Assembly: GCF_964204645.1 (NCBI RefSeq)
Contig: NC_134034.1
Location: 2,666,072 to 2,730,071 of the forward strand
Source of the DNA: Tubulanus polymorphus
Lineage: Eukaryota; Animalia; Nemertea
Length of the DNA: 64,000 bases
Direction: 5' to 3'
In this document: piece by piece, positions 1 to 11,350 of the stretch
How the letters are laid out: each line of letters starts with the position of its first letter
How positions within the stretch are numbered: the stretch's first letter is position 1
Program-made: the position numbers and the translations under genes
The notes under the pieces: generated by a model
What the model saw: only the letters and a program-made list of their open reading frames with translations
What the model was told of the DNA's origin: nothing
Databases searched by the model: none

Positions 1-346
1 CTGGTTTACAACTCGTTAGAGACTGCAGTCATAACGTACAATGGAGGCTTTTTGACGGAAAAATATTTGAATTTCCGAATATGGATATAAAAAGGCATAA
101 ATAACGAGAGTTTTATTACCTACTGCATATGAACGTTTCCATGTGACATATTGCCAAATGCCATAGAACCATTCCTGTACAAGTGGATAGCTTCATCAGG
201 TGAATACGATGAACTTTAAGAGGGAAAGCTTAGACTTCGAATGAATTACCTAAAAAGTCTAACTATCGACGTCGCACTGTTTCGACGCCAGGTTAACAAG
301 GCTGGTTTACAACTCGTTAGAGACTGCAGTCATAACGTACAATGGA
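1..346. repeat. Direct repeat, 1-45 = 302-346
   Basis: ctggtttacaactcgttagagactgcagtcataacgtacaatgga occurs twice, 301 bp apart; the left copy is cut by the window edge. Confidence 0.9.
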
Positions 347-620
347 ACCAGCTATTGTGCATCATTTTTTACTCTGTAATACTTTAACCTTCATTTTGAA
401 ATTCAGTGAGTGCTCTGGACATTGAAAACATGAACGTCGTCAGATGACCTGAATCCTACAGTTTATATATCTACTATCTTTTTAGACATTTAGACGTGAT
501 ACTAATCATGACAAATCGGTTATAATTAATCCTTCAATATTTCGATAGCTAGTGTCATTTATGCGTTCAACTCATCTTTTGCCATGTGGTGCCAAGTGTG
601 ACATAAAGGATTATTTATCA
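1..620 (-). other. 5' end (promoter, exon 1 ATG-AAG, start of intron 1) of a probable diverged paralogue of the peptide gene, running out of the window
   Basis: Reverse complement of ~300-620 aligns with ~3045-3360: TATATAAA (469-462), aaaATGAAG|GT (ATG at 394-392, 75 bp from the TATA) and a shared intron motif ttgtacgttat(g/a)actgcagt. No signal-peptide exon is visible inside the window, and there are two out-of-frame upstream ATGs. Confidence 0.6.
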
Positions 621-1834
621 GAAATGGAGAACTACGTCACCCAATCCCCTGTTTTAAATCCCAGATCCGCATTTTTAGTTCAGAATTTTCGTTTCATGCA
701 CATTTCAGTAATTTTTATAAATATTTTCTCTTTAAAGGTAAAAAAATTTCCCTCTCAAAAACCTTTAAGAACAGTCGAGCTATTTCAAGAATTCAAAAAT
801 GCTCGTTTGCCTTTGGTGCCTGGTGGATACGATACTAAGTATTTCATATAGTTTCGCTTGTACTGAACCAGCATCTTACAATCCAGCTTTTTTATTCCCA
901 CTGAAATGATGTCAATCGAGTTCGACTATTGTTGTCCATTGCATTGACGCGCAATCCACCCTACATCGCGGAAGGTAACAATTGAGGGATTATATGTAGA
1001 GCTGTATTGAGTACAGATGATTGATTATTTAAAAAATTTACCAGACCTCTCTCATGTATGTGTGGAAAAAAATTGCGAAAGTGGCAGAAAACCTTAGAGA
1101 TTTTGGTTATTGCCCCCCCCCCCTCTAAACAGGTGACGTCGCCCCGGTATTGAGTCGAGAAAATTGTGAAATTTTAGGCTAGGATGATTGAAGAATTGGG
1201 GATTATTTCTATTGCCTCATACATAAAAGACCCATTTGTATTAAAGTGAGCCGCATTATGCATAGAATAAATGATTAGAATTATCATAATCATTAGAACT
1301 AATAGCTTATGCGCGTAATTCTAAGCGGATTCGTGATGAAACGATAAATTAGCATTATGCGGAGAACGTACTCAGAAATACCTAACATTTTATAACTAGG
1401 GCACTAATTTAGATGAGAGCTTCACAATACTTGGGTGACTGGTTGACACACTTAAAATGATGGATGTTTTTAGTAGGGCTCCAACCTGCAACGTATTTAA
1501 GGATATGGTTTTGTGGTTTTTGGGAGTCCTTCGCCATATATGCTATATATGTTTATTTTCTGATTTCAGTAATATTAGTATGAAATTAAATCAAAATCAA
1601 TCTCACAGATTGGCAACATCTGAGCCTTAAAACAGTTATTTATATATAGCCAAAAATATGTGTAAAAATATAGCTTTCATACCTCTCATGATATGATAAA
1701 AGACTGTAGGGTTACTTGACCAGTACCGAAGTGCTGAGTAACATTAACTGATGTTATCATACAAAGAAAGGAATTCAATCTATTTGTTTCAGCAAAGTAT
1801 ATACTTTATTTAATGTTGACAGTTTGCTGAAGGA

Positions 1835-3009
1835 GGTGTAATGTCTGGCGTTTGCGCTGCATCATTTTCAATCAAAAACCAAAGATCTGCTGTTTTTAGT
1901 TCATTTTCAATTGAAAATGTGAAGTGTGGATGATCAGTTTTTTAAAGTGTGCTGATAAAATGTCTAATGTCTGGTGTTTGTAGTTCATTTTCAATTAGAA
2001 ATGTCTCTGATGAAGCACTGAACACATGTGAAGTGTGGACGATCAGTTTTTGAAAGTGTGCTGATAAAATGTCTAATATCTGGTGTTTGTAATTCATTTT
2101 CAATTGAAAATGTCTCAGTTGATGCACTGGACGCACGTGTAGTGTGGACGCTCAGTTCTTTAATGTGTGCTGATGAAATGTCTAATATCTGGCGTTTGTT
2201 ATTCATTTTCAATTGAAAATTTCTTAGTTGAAGCACTGAACACACGTGTAGTGTGGACGCTCAGTTCTTTAAAGTGTGCTGATAAAATGTCTAATATCTG
2301 GCGTTTGTATTTCATTTTCAATTGAAAATGTCTCAGTTGAAGCACTGGACACATGTGAAGTGTGGACGATCAGTTTTTAAAGAGTGCTGATAAAATGTCT
2401 AATATCTGGCGTTTGTATTTCATTTTCAATTGAAAATGTCTCAGTTGAAGCACTGGACACATGTGAAGTGTGGACGAACAGTTTTTAAAGAGTGCTGATA
2501 AAATGTCTAATATCTGGTGTTTGTAATTCATTTTCAATTGAAAATGTTTCAGTTGATGCACTGGACACATGTGAAGTGTGGACGATCAGTTTTTTAAAGG
2601 GTGCTGATAAAATGTCTAATATCTGGCGTTTGTAATTCATTTTCAATTGAAAATGTCTCAGTTGATGCACTGGACACATGTGAAGTGTGGACGATCAGTT
2701 TTTTAAAGGGTGCTGATAAAATGTCTAATATCTGGTGTTTGTAACTCATTTTCAATTGAAAATGTCTCAGTTGATGCACTGGACACATGTGAAGTGTGGA
2801 CGATCAGTTTTTTAAAGGGTGCTGATAAAATGTCTAATATCTGGTGTTTGTAACTCATTTTCAATTGAAAATGTCTCAGTTGATGCACTGGACACATGTG
2901 AAGTGTGGACGATCAGTTTTTTTTAAAGTGTGCTGATAAAATGTCTAATGTCTGGTGTTTGTAGTTCATTTTCAATTGAAAATGTCTCAGTTGAAGCACT
3001 GGACACATG
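1835..3009. repeat. 109-bp satellite array (~10 units plus a partial lead-in)
   Basis: Unit gtgaagtgtggacgatcagttttttaaagtgtgctgataaaatgtctaatatctggtgtttgt.ttcattttcaattgaaaatgtctcagttgaagcactggacacat; contains the 18-bp palindrome cattttcaattgaaaatg. Confidence 0.95.
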
Positions 3010-3044
3010 CGGTTTTGTTTCTCATCGTGCATTGAAATCAAACT

Positions 3045-3274
3045 CTCCATTACGTTTATGTCAGATTTGGCACCAGATGACAACAGATTTGTTGGATGCT
3101 GCATAAATGACATTGGCTGCCATATGCGGGTATTAGGGAAGGATTTACTATAACCACTTTGTCATGATTAGTATCACGTCTAAATGTCCAGGAATAGCTA
3201 TATAAACTGTAGGATTCAGGTTATCTGATATTCACCTTGCAAGTGTCGTAAAGGACTCCATTGGTCTTTAAAAA
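3045..3274 (+). promoter_or_regulatory. Promoter/5' UTR of peptide gene copy 1 (TATA box 3199-3206)
   Basis: TATATAAA 76 bp upstream of the ATG. The region is conserved in inverted orientation at ~395-620. Confidence 0.7.
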
Positions 3275-3871
3275 ATGAAGGTAAGTAATTCAGAATAACA
3301 AAATGCAAAAGAGCCAGTTCAATTGTACGTTATAACTGCAGTTCGACCAATTGTAATTCGACTATTCAGATTTACAATTGTGGAACTGCGGTTTTCAGTC
3401 GCTGTGATCTCAAGGTTTATTTCATTACAGGTCTTGATTTTGATCGCCGCAGTCGCACTAGTCATTGCCGGAGTGGCAGCGATGGACAGTTCTGACGGTA
3501 AGCGAGTTTCTTTTTTACATAGTCGCTTTATAAATTAGTGTCAATTTAACTGGCTTTTATTCGGGCTAGTAAACTTCATTCGCAACCATGAAAAGCGAAT
3601 ATCATTCGGTCTTCCATTGGTCCAATTCTTTAAGTCACAAATCTAACCGCAAGAGATCAGGCTCTGATTTCGCCATCCATTATAATACCTCACGCCTGTA
3701 TTCTGATTTCCAGAATTGGTCCACGAGAGAGCCAAAAGAGCCCTGTGTCGATGCCGCGACAGTGGGAAATCTGGAACGATGTTCTACATTTTGGGCTGCC
3801 ACAAAAGTGGATGGCATTCATGCCCGGCGACTCATCCATCTTCCTTCGGAACATGTTGCTACGAAAGTTAA
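3275..3871 (+). CDS. Spliced secreted cysteine-rich peptide precursor (76 aa), sea-anemone-neurotoxin/beta-defensin-like fold, copy 1
   Basis: Exon 1 3275-3280 (ATG AAG|gtaagt); exon 2 3431-3497 (ttacag|...gacg|gtaagc); exon 3 3714-3871 (tttccag|...TAA). Phases join in frame: MKVLILIAAVALVIAGVAAMDSSDELVHERAKR|ALCRCRDSGKSGTMFYILGCHKSGWHSCPATHPSSFGTCCYES. Signal peptide, acidic propeptide, KR site, 6 Cys. TATATAAA at 3199-3206; AATAAA at 3870-3875. Confidence 0.9.
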
Positions 3872-4267
3872 TAAACCATTTTACAGTTGGTAGCAACCAT
3901 TTTGTTAGGGTACTTTTGTGCCGTATTGTTGGGTCATTCTTTTCTCTTTTTTAAAAACTATCCGTGATGTGTATTGTATCATATTTCATCTGTCCATGGA
4001 TGGATTTTGACAACTTCAGCAACATTCAAACCGCGTGAATCTCTAGTTTTCAGTTATGCAAAAATCATTTCTCAAATTTACAACAATGCGACATGAGAGC
4101 GATATTTTCTCATCATGATGAGCTGAGATTATTAAGTTGAAAGATAAAAATGATTCCCGTCGTAGTAAAACACATCGCGAGAGTTGTTTCTTGTGAATCT
4201 TCGATTCCCGTTACTTTCTGAACAACAGAGTCTTTTATAGGGACTTCAGAATCTCAATATAGAATAT

Positions 4268-4440
4268 AACGATCAGTTTTTTTTTTAAATGTGGATGCTA
4301 AAATGTCTAATGTCTGGTGTTTGTAGTTCATTTTCAATTAAAAATGTCTCTGATGAATCATTGAACACGTGCATGTGAAGTGTAGACGATCAGTTTGTGA
4401 AGGTGTGCCGATGAAATATCTTATATCCAGTGTTTGTAGA
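4268..4440 (+). repeat. Dispersed degenerate 109-bp satellite monomers (also 9745-9915; on the opposite strand at ~19370-19445, 19730-19985, 35075-35285, 36315-36560, 43380-43695)
   Basis: Shared motifs gatcagttt, aaaatgtctaatgtctggtgtttgtagttcattttcaatt and gtgaagtgt. Confidence 0.8.
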
Positions 4441-4714
4441 TCGTTTAGGATTACTAGTGTCTTACGGTTGTTTCGTTATGAAGAGAAACCATCGTCTTAA
4501 AGATTGGCTGTAGAACTACGTAAGTAAAGGTTTTAATGTGCCATGACTGCGCTACTGGCCCTTTGTCTAAGTTACTGATCTGTCATCACCGGTCCAACAC
4601 AATTTTAAAAGGGCATCCCCAAGCTAAGGACTATACAAAAAAAGGATTTTGTTTGTTATAAGCCCAACGACTGAAGTGAATCAACCGGGTTAACGCCAAG
4701 GCAGCCAAGAAAAT

Positions 4715-4990
4715 TGACCCCAATCACTCGCTTGCCGGTTCAGACTGGTTGGAAGATTGTTTTTTGAATGAACCGGAACCGAATTTCCCAATCATGTACT
4801 TCGATTTAAACAAAAAATTCTGTTAACTCGACCGCCGATCTCAGCACTTACCGATTTCCGATTTCAAAATCATGAACCCCTGTTTCGCTCCCGACAGGTG
4901 TGGGCGGGTCTGACAATCAATCGAAAAAAAAAATCAAACGAAATTCACCAACCGAATAAATAACTGGGTCAATCCCTATTTTTAGGAAGA
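4715..4990 (+). mobile_element. Unclassified interspersed repeat (copies at 10190-10465 +, ~28225-28580 -, ~56120-56165 -, ~60995-61145 -)
   Basis: Shared core cgcttgccggttcagactggttgg.agattg...tgaatgaaccggaaccgaatttcccaat. Confidence 0.7.
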
Positions 4991-5248
4991 AATTAAAGAT
5001 AAAAAACTTTGACACAGTTGAAATAACTCATCAACACATATCTGCTTTTGAGAACTGACGATGATCGAAGAAGCAAGAACGAACTCACCGTAAAAATACG
5101 ATTAAAAAAAAACTACCACGCAATCAATTCAAAATCGACAACAAATCATAATCAACACAACAGGAATAAATATCGATTTCTTTAAGAATCATTTTACAGC
5201 GTAATTTCACGACCGGTCATTGTAGCGTTTAAACCAGTGCAGGAATCG

Positions 5249-5410
5249 AATAAAGTAAACATCCACAAATAAAAAAGAAAAAGCTAGGAGGGAATATTAT
5301 GACGTTTCGACTTCATATGAGCCATTTACAGAATCCAAAAATGGCCCATAAAACTAAGTCGGAGTCTCTCCTAGTTTTCTTTTTCATTTCATCGTGGGTT
5401 TAACTTTATT
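5249..5410 (-). mobile_element. Imperfect fold-back element with a degenerate Penelope-type hammerhead motif (copy at ~10724-10890)
   Basis: Arms aataaagt...aagaaaaagctaggag / ctcctagttttcttttt...actttatt. Minus strand 5331-5301 reads ctgtaaa-t-ggct..agtc-gaaacgtc (core mutated). Confidence 0.45.
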
Positions 5411-7094
5411 GATATCAGACAGTCACTTACGGAAACCAAGTGCACAGAAATTCTCTACCTGAGAGCAGTCATAAATCTATAGATTCGTGTTAACTTAAAC
5501 CGAGGGGCTAACTTGATTTATTTATCAAAAAAACCTGGTTGAATTCGACACCAGTCAACAAAACTAGCCTACGGGCCTGCGTGTAGAACTGAACAATTTT
5601 AAGTCCTGGAACTGGGGCCGGTTGCTCAGAAGTTGGCTAGTTAACCAGTGGATAGTTGACATAGTGACAATTGAAATTTCATTGTTACTATGGTATTGCT
5701 CTGGACATTGAAAACATGAACGTCGTCAGATGACCTGAATCCTACAGTTTATATATCTACTATCTTTTTGGACATTTAGACGTGATACTAATCATGACAA
5801 ATCGGTTATAATTAATCCTTCAATATTTCGATAGCTAGTGTCATTTATGCGTTCAACTCATCTTTTGCCATGTGGTGCCAAGTGTGACATAAAGGATTAT
5901 TTATCAGAAATGGAGAACTACGTCACCCAATCCCCTGTTTTAAATCCCAGATCCGCATTTTTAGTTCAGAATTTTCGTTTCATGCACATTTCAGTAATTT
6001 TTATAAATATTTTCTCTTTAAAGGTAAAAAAATTTCCCTCTCAAAAACCTTTAAGAACAGTCGAGCTATTTCAAGAATTCAAAAATGCTCGTTTGCCTTT
6101 GGTGCCTGGTGGATACGATACTAAGTATTTCATATAGTTTCGCTTGTACTGAACCAGCATCTTACAATCCAGCTTTTTTATTCCCACTGAAATGATGTCA
6201 ATCGAGTTCGACTATTGTTGTCCATTGCATTGACGCGCAATCCACCCTACATCGCGGAAGGTAACAATTGAGGGATTATATGTAGAGCTGTATTGAGTAC
6301 AGATGATTGATTATTTAAAAAATTTACCAGACCTCTCTCATGTATGTGTGGAAAAAAATTGCGAAAGCGGCAGAAAACCTTAGAGATTTTGGTTATTGCC
6401 CCCCCCCCCCTCTAAACAGGTGACGTCGCCCCGGTATTGAGTCGAGAAAATTGTGAAATTTTAGGCTAGGATGATTGAAGAATTGGGGATTATTTCTATT
6501 GCCTCATACATAAAAGACCCATTTGTATTATAGTGAGCCGCATTATGCATAGAATAAATGATTAAAAATTATCATAATCATTAGAGCTAATAGCTTATGC
6601 GCGTAATTCTAAGCGGATTCGTGATGAAACGATAAATTAGCATTATGCGGAGAACGTACTCAGAAATTCTATAACTAGGACACTAATTTAGATGAGAGTT
6701 TCACATGACTTAAAATGATGGATGTTTTTAGTAGGGCTCCAACCTGCAACGTATTTAAGGATATGGTTTTGTGGTTATTGGGAGTCCTTCGCCATATATG
6801 CTATATATGTTTATTTTCTGATTTCAGTAATATTAGTATGAAATTAAATCAAAATCAATCTCACAGATTGGCAACATCTGAGCCTTAAAACAGTTATTCA
6901 TATATAGCCAAAAATATGTGTAAAAATATAGCTTTCATACCTCTCATGATATGATAAAAGACTGTAGGGTTACTTGACCAGTACCGAAGTGCTGAGTAAC
7001 ATTAACTGATGTTATCATACAAAGAAAGGAATTCAATCTATTTGTTTCAACAAAGTATATACTTTATTTAATGTTGACAGTTTGCTGAAGGAGG

Positions 7095-8484
7095 TGTAAT
7101 GTCTGGCGTTTGCGCTGCATCTTTTTCAATCAAAAACCAAAGATCTGCTGTTTTTAGTTCATTTTCAATTGAAAATGTGAAGCGTGGATGATCAGTTTTT
7201 TAAAGTGTGCTGATAAAATGTCTAGTGTCTGATGTTTGTAGTTCATTTTCAATTAGAAATGTCTCAGTTGATGCACTGAACACGTGTGAAGTGTGGACGC
7301 TCAGTTCTTTAATGTGTGCTGATGAAATGTCTAATATCTGGCGTTTGTAATTCATTTTCAATTGAAAATGTCTCAGTTGATGCACTGGACGCACGTGTAG
7401 TGTGGACGCTCAGTTCTTTAATGTGTGCTGATGAAATGTCTAATATCTGGCGTTTGTTATTCATTTTCAATTGAAAATGTCTTAGTTGAAGCACTGAACA
7501 CATGTGAAGTGTGGACGATCAGTTTTTAAAGAGTGCTGATAAAATGTCTAATATCTGGTGTTTGTATTTCATTTTCAATTGAAAATGTCTCAGTTGAAGC
7601 ACTGGACACATGTGAAGTGTGGACGATCAGTTCTTTAAAGCCTGCTGATAAAATGTCTAATATCTGGCGTTTGTATTTCATTTTCAATTGAAAATATCTC
7701 AGTTGATGCACTGGACACATGTGAAGTGTGGACGATCAGTTTTTTAAAGGGTGCTGATAAAATGTCTAATTTCTGGCGTTTGTATTTCATTTTCAATTGA
7801 AAATGTCTCAGTTGAAGCGCTGAACACATGTGAAGTGTGGACGATCAGTCTTTTAAAGTGTGCTGATAAAATGTCTAATATCTGGCGTTTGTATTTCATT
7901 TTCAATTGAAAATGTCTCAGTTGAAGCGCTGAACACATGTGAAGTGTGGACGATCAGTTTTTTAAAGTGTGCTGTTAAAATGTCTAATATCTGGCGTTTG
8001 TATTTCATTTTCAATTGAAAATGTCTCAGTTGAAGCAATGGACACATGTGAAGTGTGGACGATCAGTTTTTTTAAGGGTGCTGATAAAATGTCTAATATC
8101 TGGTGTTTGTAATTCATTTTCAATTGAAAATGTCTCAGTTGAAGCACTGGACACATGTGAAGTGTGGACGATCAGTTCTTTAAAGCCTGCTGATAAAATG
8201 TCTAATATCTGGCGTTTGTATTTCATTTTCAATTGAAAATATCTCAGTTGATGCACTGGACACATGTGAAGTGTGGACGATCAGTTTTTTAAAGGGTGCT
8301 GATAAAATGTCTAATATCTGGCGTTTGTATTTCATTTTCAATTGAAAATGTCTCAGTTGAAGCGCTGAACACATGTGAAGTGTGGACGATCAGTTTTTTA
8401 AAGTGTGCTGATAAAATGTCTAATATCTGGCGTTTGTATTTCATTTTCAATTGAAAATGTCTCAGTTGAAGCACTGGACACATG
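7095..8484. repeat. 109-bp satellite array (~12 units), duplicated copy
   Basis: Same unit; two more monomers than 1835-3009. Confidence 0.95.
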
Positions 8485-8519
8485 CGGTTTTGGGTCTCAT
8501 CGTGCATTGAAATCAAACT

Positions 8520-8749
8520 CTCCATTACGTTTATGTCAGATTTGGCACCAGATGACAACAGATTTGTTGGATGCTGCATAAATGACATTGGCTGCCATAT
8601 GCGGGTATTAGGGAAGGATTTACTATAACCACTTTGTCATGATTAGTATCACGTCTAAATGTCCAGGAATAGCTATATAAACTGTAGGATTCAGGTTATC
8701 TGATATTCACCTTGCAAGTGTCGTAAAGGACTCCATTGGTCTTTAAAAA
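8520..8749 (+). promoter_or_regulatory. Promoter/5' UTR of peptide gene copy 2 (TATA box 8674-8681)
   Basis: Same sequence as the copy 1 promoter. Confidence 0.7.
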
Positions 8750-9346
8750 ATGAAGGTAAGTAATTCAGAATAACAAAATGCAAAAGAGCCAGTTCAATTG
8801 TACGTTATAACTGCAGTTCGACCAATTGTAATTCGACTATTCAGATTTACAATTGTGGAACTGCGGTTTTCAGTCGCTGTGATCTCAAGGTTTATTTCAT
8901 TACAGGTCTTGATTTTGATCGCCGCAGTCGCACTAGTCATTGCCGGAGTGGCAGCGATGGACAGTTCTGACGGTAAGCGAGTTTCTTTTTTACATAGTCG
9001 CTTTATAAATTAGTGTCAATTTAACTGGCTTTTATTCGGGCTAGTAAACTTCATTCGCAACCATGAAAAGCGAATATCATTCGGTCTTCCATTGGTCCAA
9101 TTCTTTAAGTCACAAATCTAACCGCAAGAGATCAGGCTCTGATTTCGCCATCCATTATAATACCTCACGCCTGTATTCTGATTTCCAGAATTGGTCCACG
9201 AGAGAGCCAAAAGAGCCCTGTGTCGATGCCGCGACAGTGGGAAATCTGGAACGATGTTCTACATTTTGGGCTGCCACAAAAGTGGATGGCATTCATGCCC
9301 GGCGACTCATCCATCTTCCTTCGGAACATGTTGCTACGAAAGTTAA
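8750..9346 (+). CDS. Second, identical copy of the spliced toxin/defensin-like peptide precursor
   Basis: Exons 8750-8755, 8906-8972, 9189-9346; same splice sites and translation as copy 1 (offset 5475). TATA at 8674-8681. Confidence 0.88.
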
Positions 9347-11090
9347 TAAACCATTTTACAGTTGGTAGCAACCATTTTGTTAGGGTACTTTTGTGCCGTA
9401 TTGTTGGGTCATTCTTTTCTCTTTTTTAAAAACTATCCGTGATGTGTATTGTATCATATTTCATCTGTCCATGGATGGATTTTGACAACTTCAGCAACAT
9501 TCAAACCGCGTGAATCTCTAGTTTTCAGTTATGCAAAAATCATTTCTCAAATTTACAACAATGCGACATGAGAGCGATATTTTCTCATCATGATGAGCTG
9601 AGATTATTAAGTTGAAAGATAAAAATGATTCCCGTCGTAGTAAAACACATCGCGAGAGTTGTTTCTTGTGAATCTTCGATTCCCGTTACTTTCTGAACAA
9701 CAGAGTCTTTTATAGGGACTTCAGAATCTCAATATAGAATATAACGATCAGTTTTTTTTTTAAATGTGGATGCTAAAATGTCTAATGTCTGGTGTTTGTA
9801 GTTCATTTTCAATTAAAAATGTCTCTGATGAATCATTGAACACGTGCATGTGAAGTGTAGACGATCAGTTTGTGAAGGTGTGCCGATGAAATATCTTATA
9901 TCCAGTGTTTGTAGATCGTTTAGGATTACTAGTGTCTTACGGTTGTTTCGTTATGAAGAGAAACCATCGTCTTAAAGATTGGCTGCAGAACTACGTAAGT
10001 AAAGGTTTTAATGTGCTATGACTGCGCTACTGGCCCTTTGTCTAAGTTACTGATCTGTCATCACCGGTCCAACACAATTTTAAAAGGGCATCCCCAAGCT
10101 AAGGACTATACAAAAATAGGATTTTGTTTGTTATAAGCCCAACGACTGAAGTAAATCAACCGGGTTAACGCCAAGGCAGCCAAGAAAATTGACCCCAATC
10201 ACTCGCTTGCCGGTTCAGACTGGTTGGAAGATTGTTTTTTGAATGAACCGGAACCGAATTTCCCAATCATGTACTTCGATTTAAACAAAGAATTCTGTTA
10301 ACTCGACCGCCGATCTCAGCACTTACCGATTTCCGATTTCAAAATCATGAACCCCTGTTTCGCTCCCGACAGGTGTGGGCGGGTCTGACAATCAATCGAA
10401 AAAAAAAATCAAACGAAATTCACCAACCGAATAAATAACTGGGTCAATCCCTATTTTTAGGAAGAAATTAAAGATAAAAAACTGTGACACAGTTGAAATA
10501 ACTCATCAACACATGTCTGCTTTTGAGAACTGACGATGATCGAAGAAGCAAGAACGAACTCACCGTAAAAATACGATTAAAAAAAAACTACCACGCAATC
10601 AATTCAAAATCGACAACAAATCATAATCAACACAACAGGAATAAATATCGATTTCTTTAAGAATCATTTTACAGCGTAATTTCACGACCGGTCATTGTAG
10701 CGTTTAAACCAGTGCAGGAATCGAATAAAGTAAACATCCACAAATATAAAAAAAAAAGCTAGGAGGGAATATTATGACGTTTCGACTGAATTCCATATGA
10801 GCCATTTACAGAATTCAAAAATGGCCCATAAAACTAAGTCGGAGTCTCTCCTAGTTTTCTTTTTCATTTCATCGTGGGTTTAACTTTATTGATATCAGAC
10901 AGTCACTTACGGAAACCAAGTGCACATAAATTCTCTACTTGAGAGCAGTCATAAATCTATAGATTCGTGTTAACTTAAACCGAGGGGGTAACTTGATTTA
11001 TTTATCAAAAATCCCTGGTTGAATTCGACACCAGTCAACAAAACTAGCCTATACGGGCCTGCGTGTAGAACTGAACAATTTTAAGTCCTG

Positions 11091-11231
11091 GAACTGGGGC
11101 CGGTTGCTCAGAAGTTGGCTAGTTAACCAGTGGATAGTTGACATAGTGACAATTGAAATTTCATTGTTACTATGGTATTTATCCACCGGTTATTTTTAAC
11201 CAACTTTTGAGCTGGCCCCAGTTCCATAGTC
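11091..11231. mobile_element. Palindromic MITE, PIF/Harbinger-like termini; truncated copy at 5608-5696
   Basis: ggaactggggcc...agttgg...gtggata...tatccac...ccaact...ggccccagttcc fold-back; the unit 1 copy stops at the duplication junction. Confidence 0.65.
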
Positions 11232-11350
11232 AGTTCCGCCGTGCTTCGGTGGGTTTCAATCTAGAGTCTTATATCAGGTAATTTCTCATGTTTCAGCGCC
11301 TAGTCATAGCGTGACTCTGTGCGGAATTTGCTCATGTTTTCTCGTCAGAT

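Larger units (their letters stand above)
411..11178. repeat. Head-to-tail tandem segmental duplication (unit 1 411-5696, unit 2 5697-11178)
   Basis: Near-identical sequence at offset 5286, rising to ~5475-5482. Junction ...ctatggtat|tgctctggac at 5696/5697. Units differ by scattered SNPs, small indels and satellite copy number. Confidence 0.95.

Noticed and set aside
552-851. 99-aa ORF (also 5838-6137) similar to the start of ORF 2913-3113
   Set aside because: GTG start; the similarity reflects the inverted promoter duplication, not coding conservation.
3323-3954. Track ORFs 3323-3538, 3588-3893, 3690-3896, 3745-3954 and their duplicates
   Set aside because: Only 3431-3497 of the first is real (exon 2). 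The others are wrong-frame or antisense readings over intron 2 and exon 3.
1942-8588. Many 64-99 aa ORFs of the MCPVHQLRHFQLKM type
   Set aside because: They are translations of the 109-bp satellite, whose period is not a multiple of 3.
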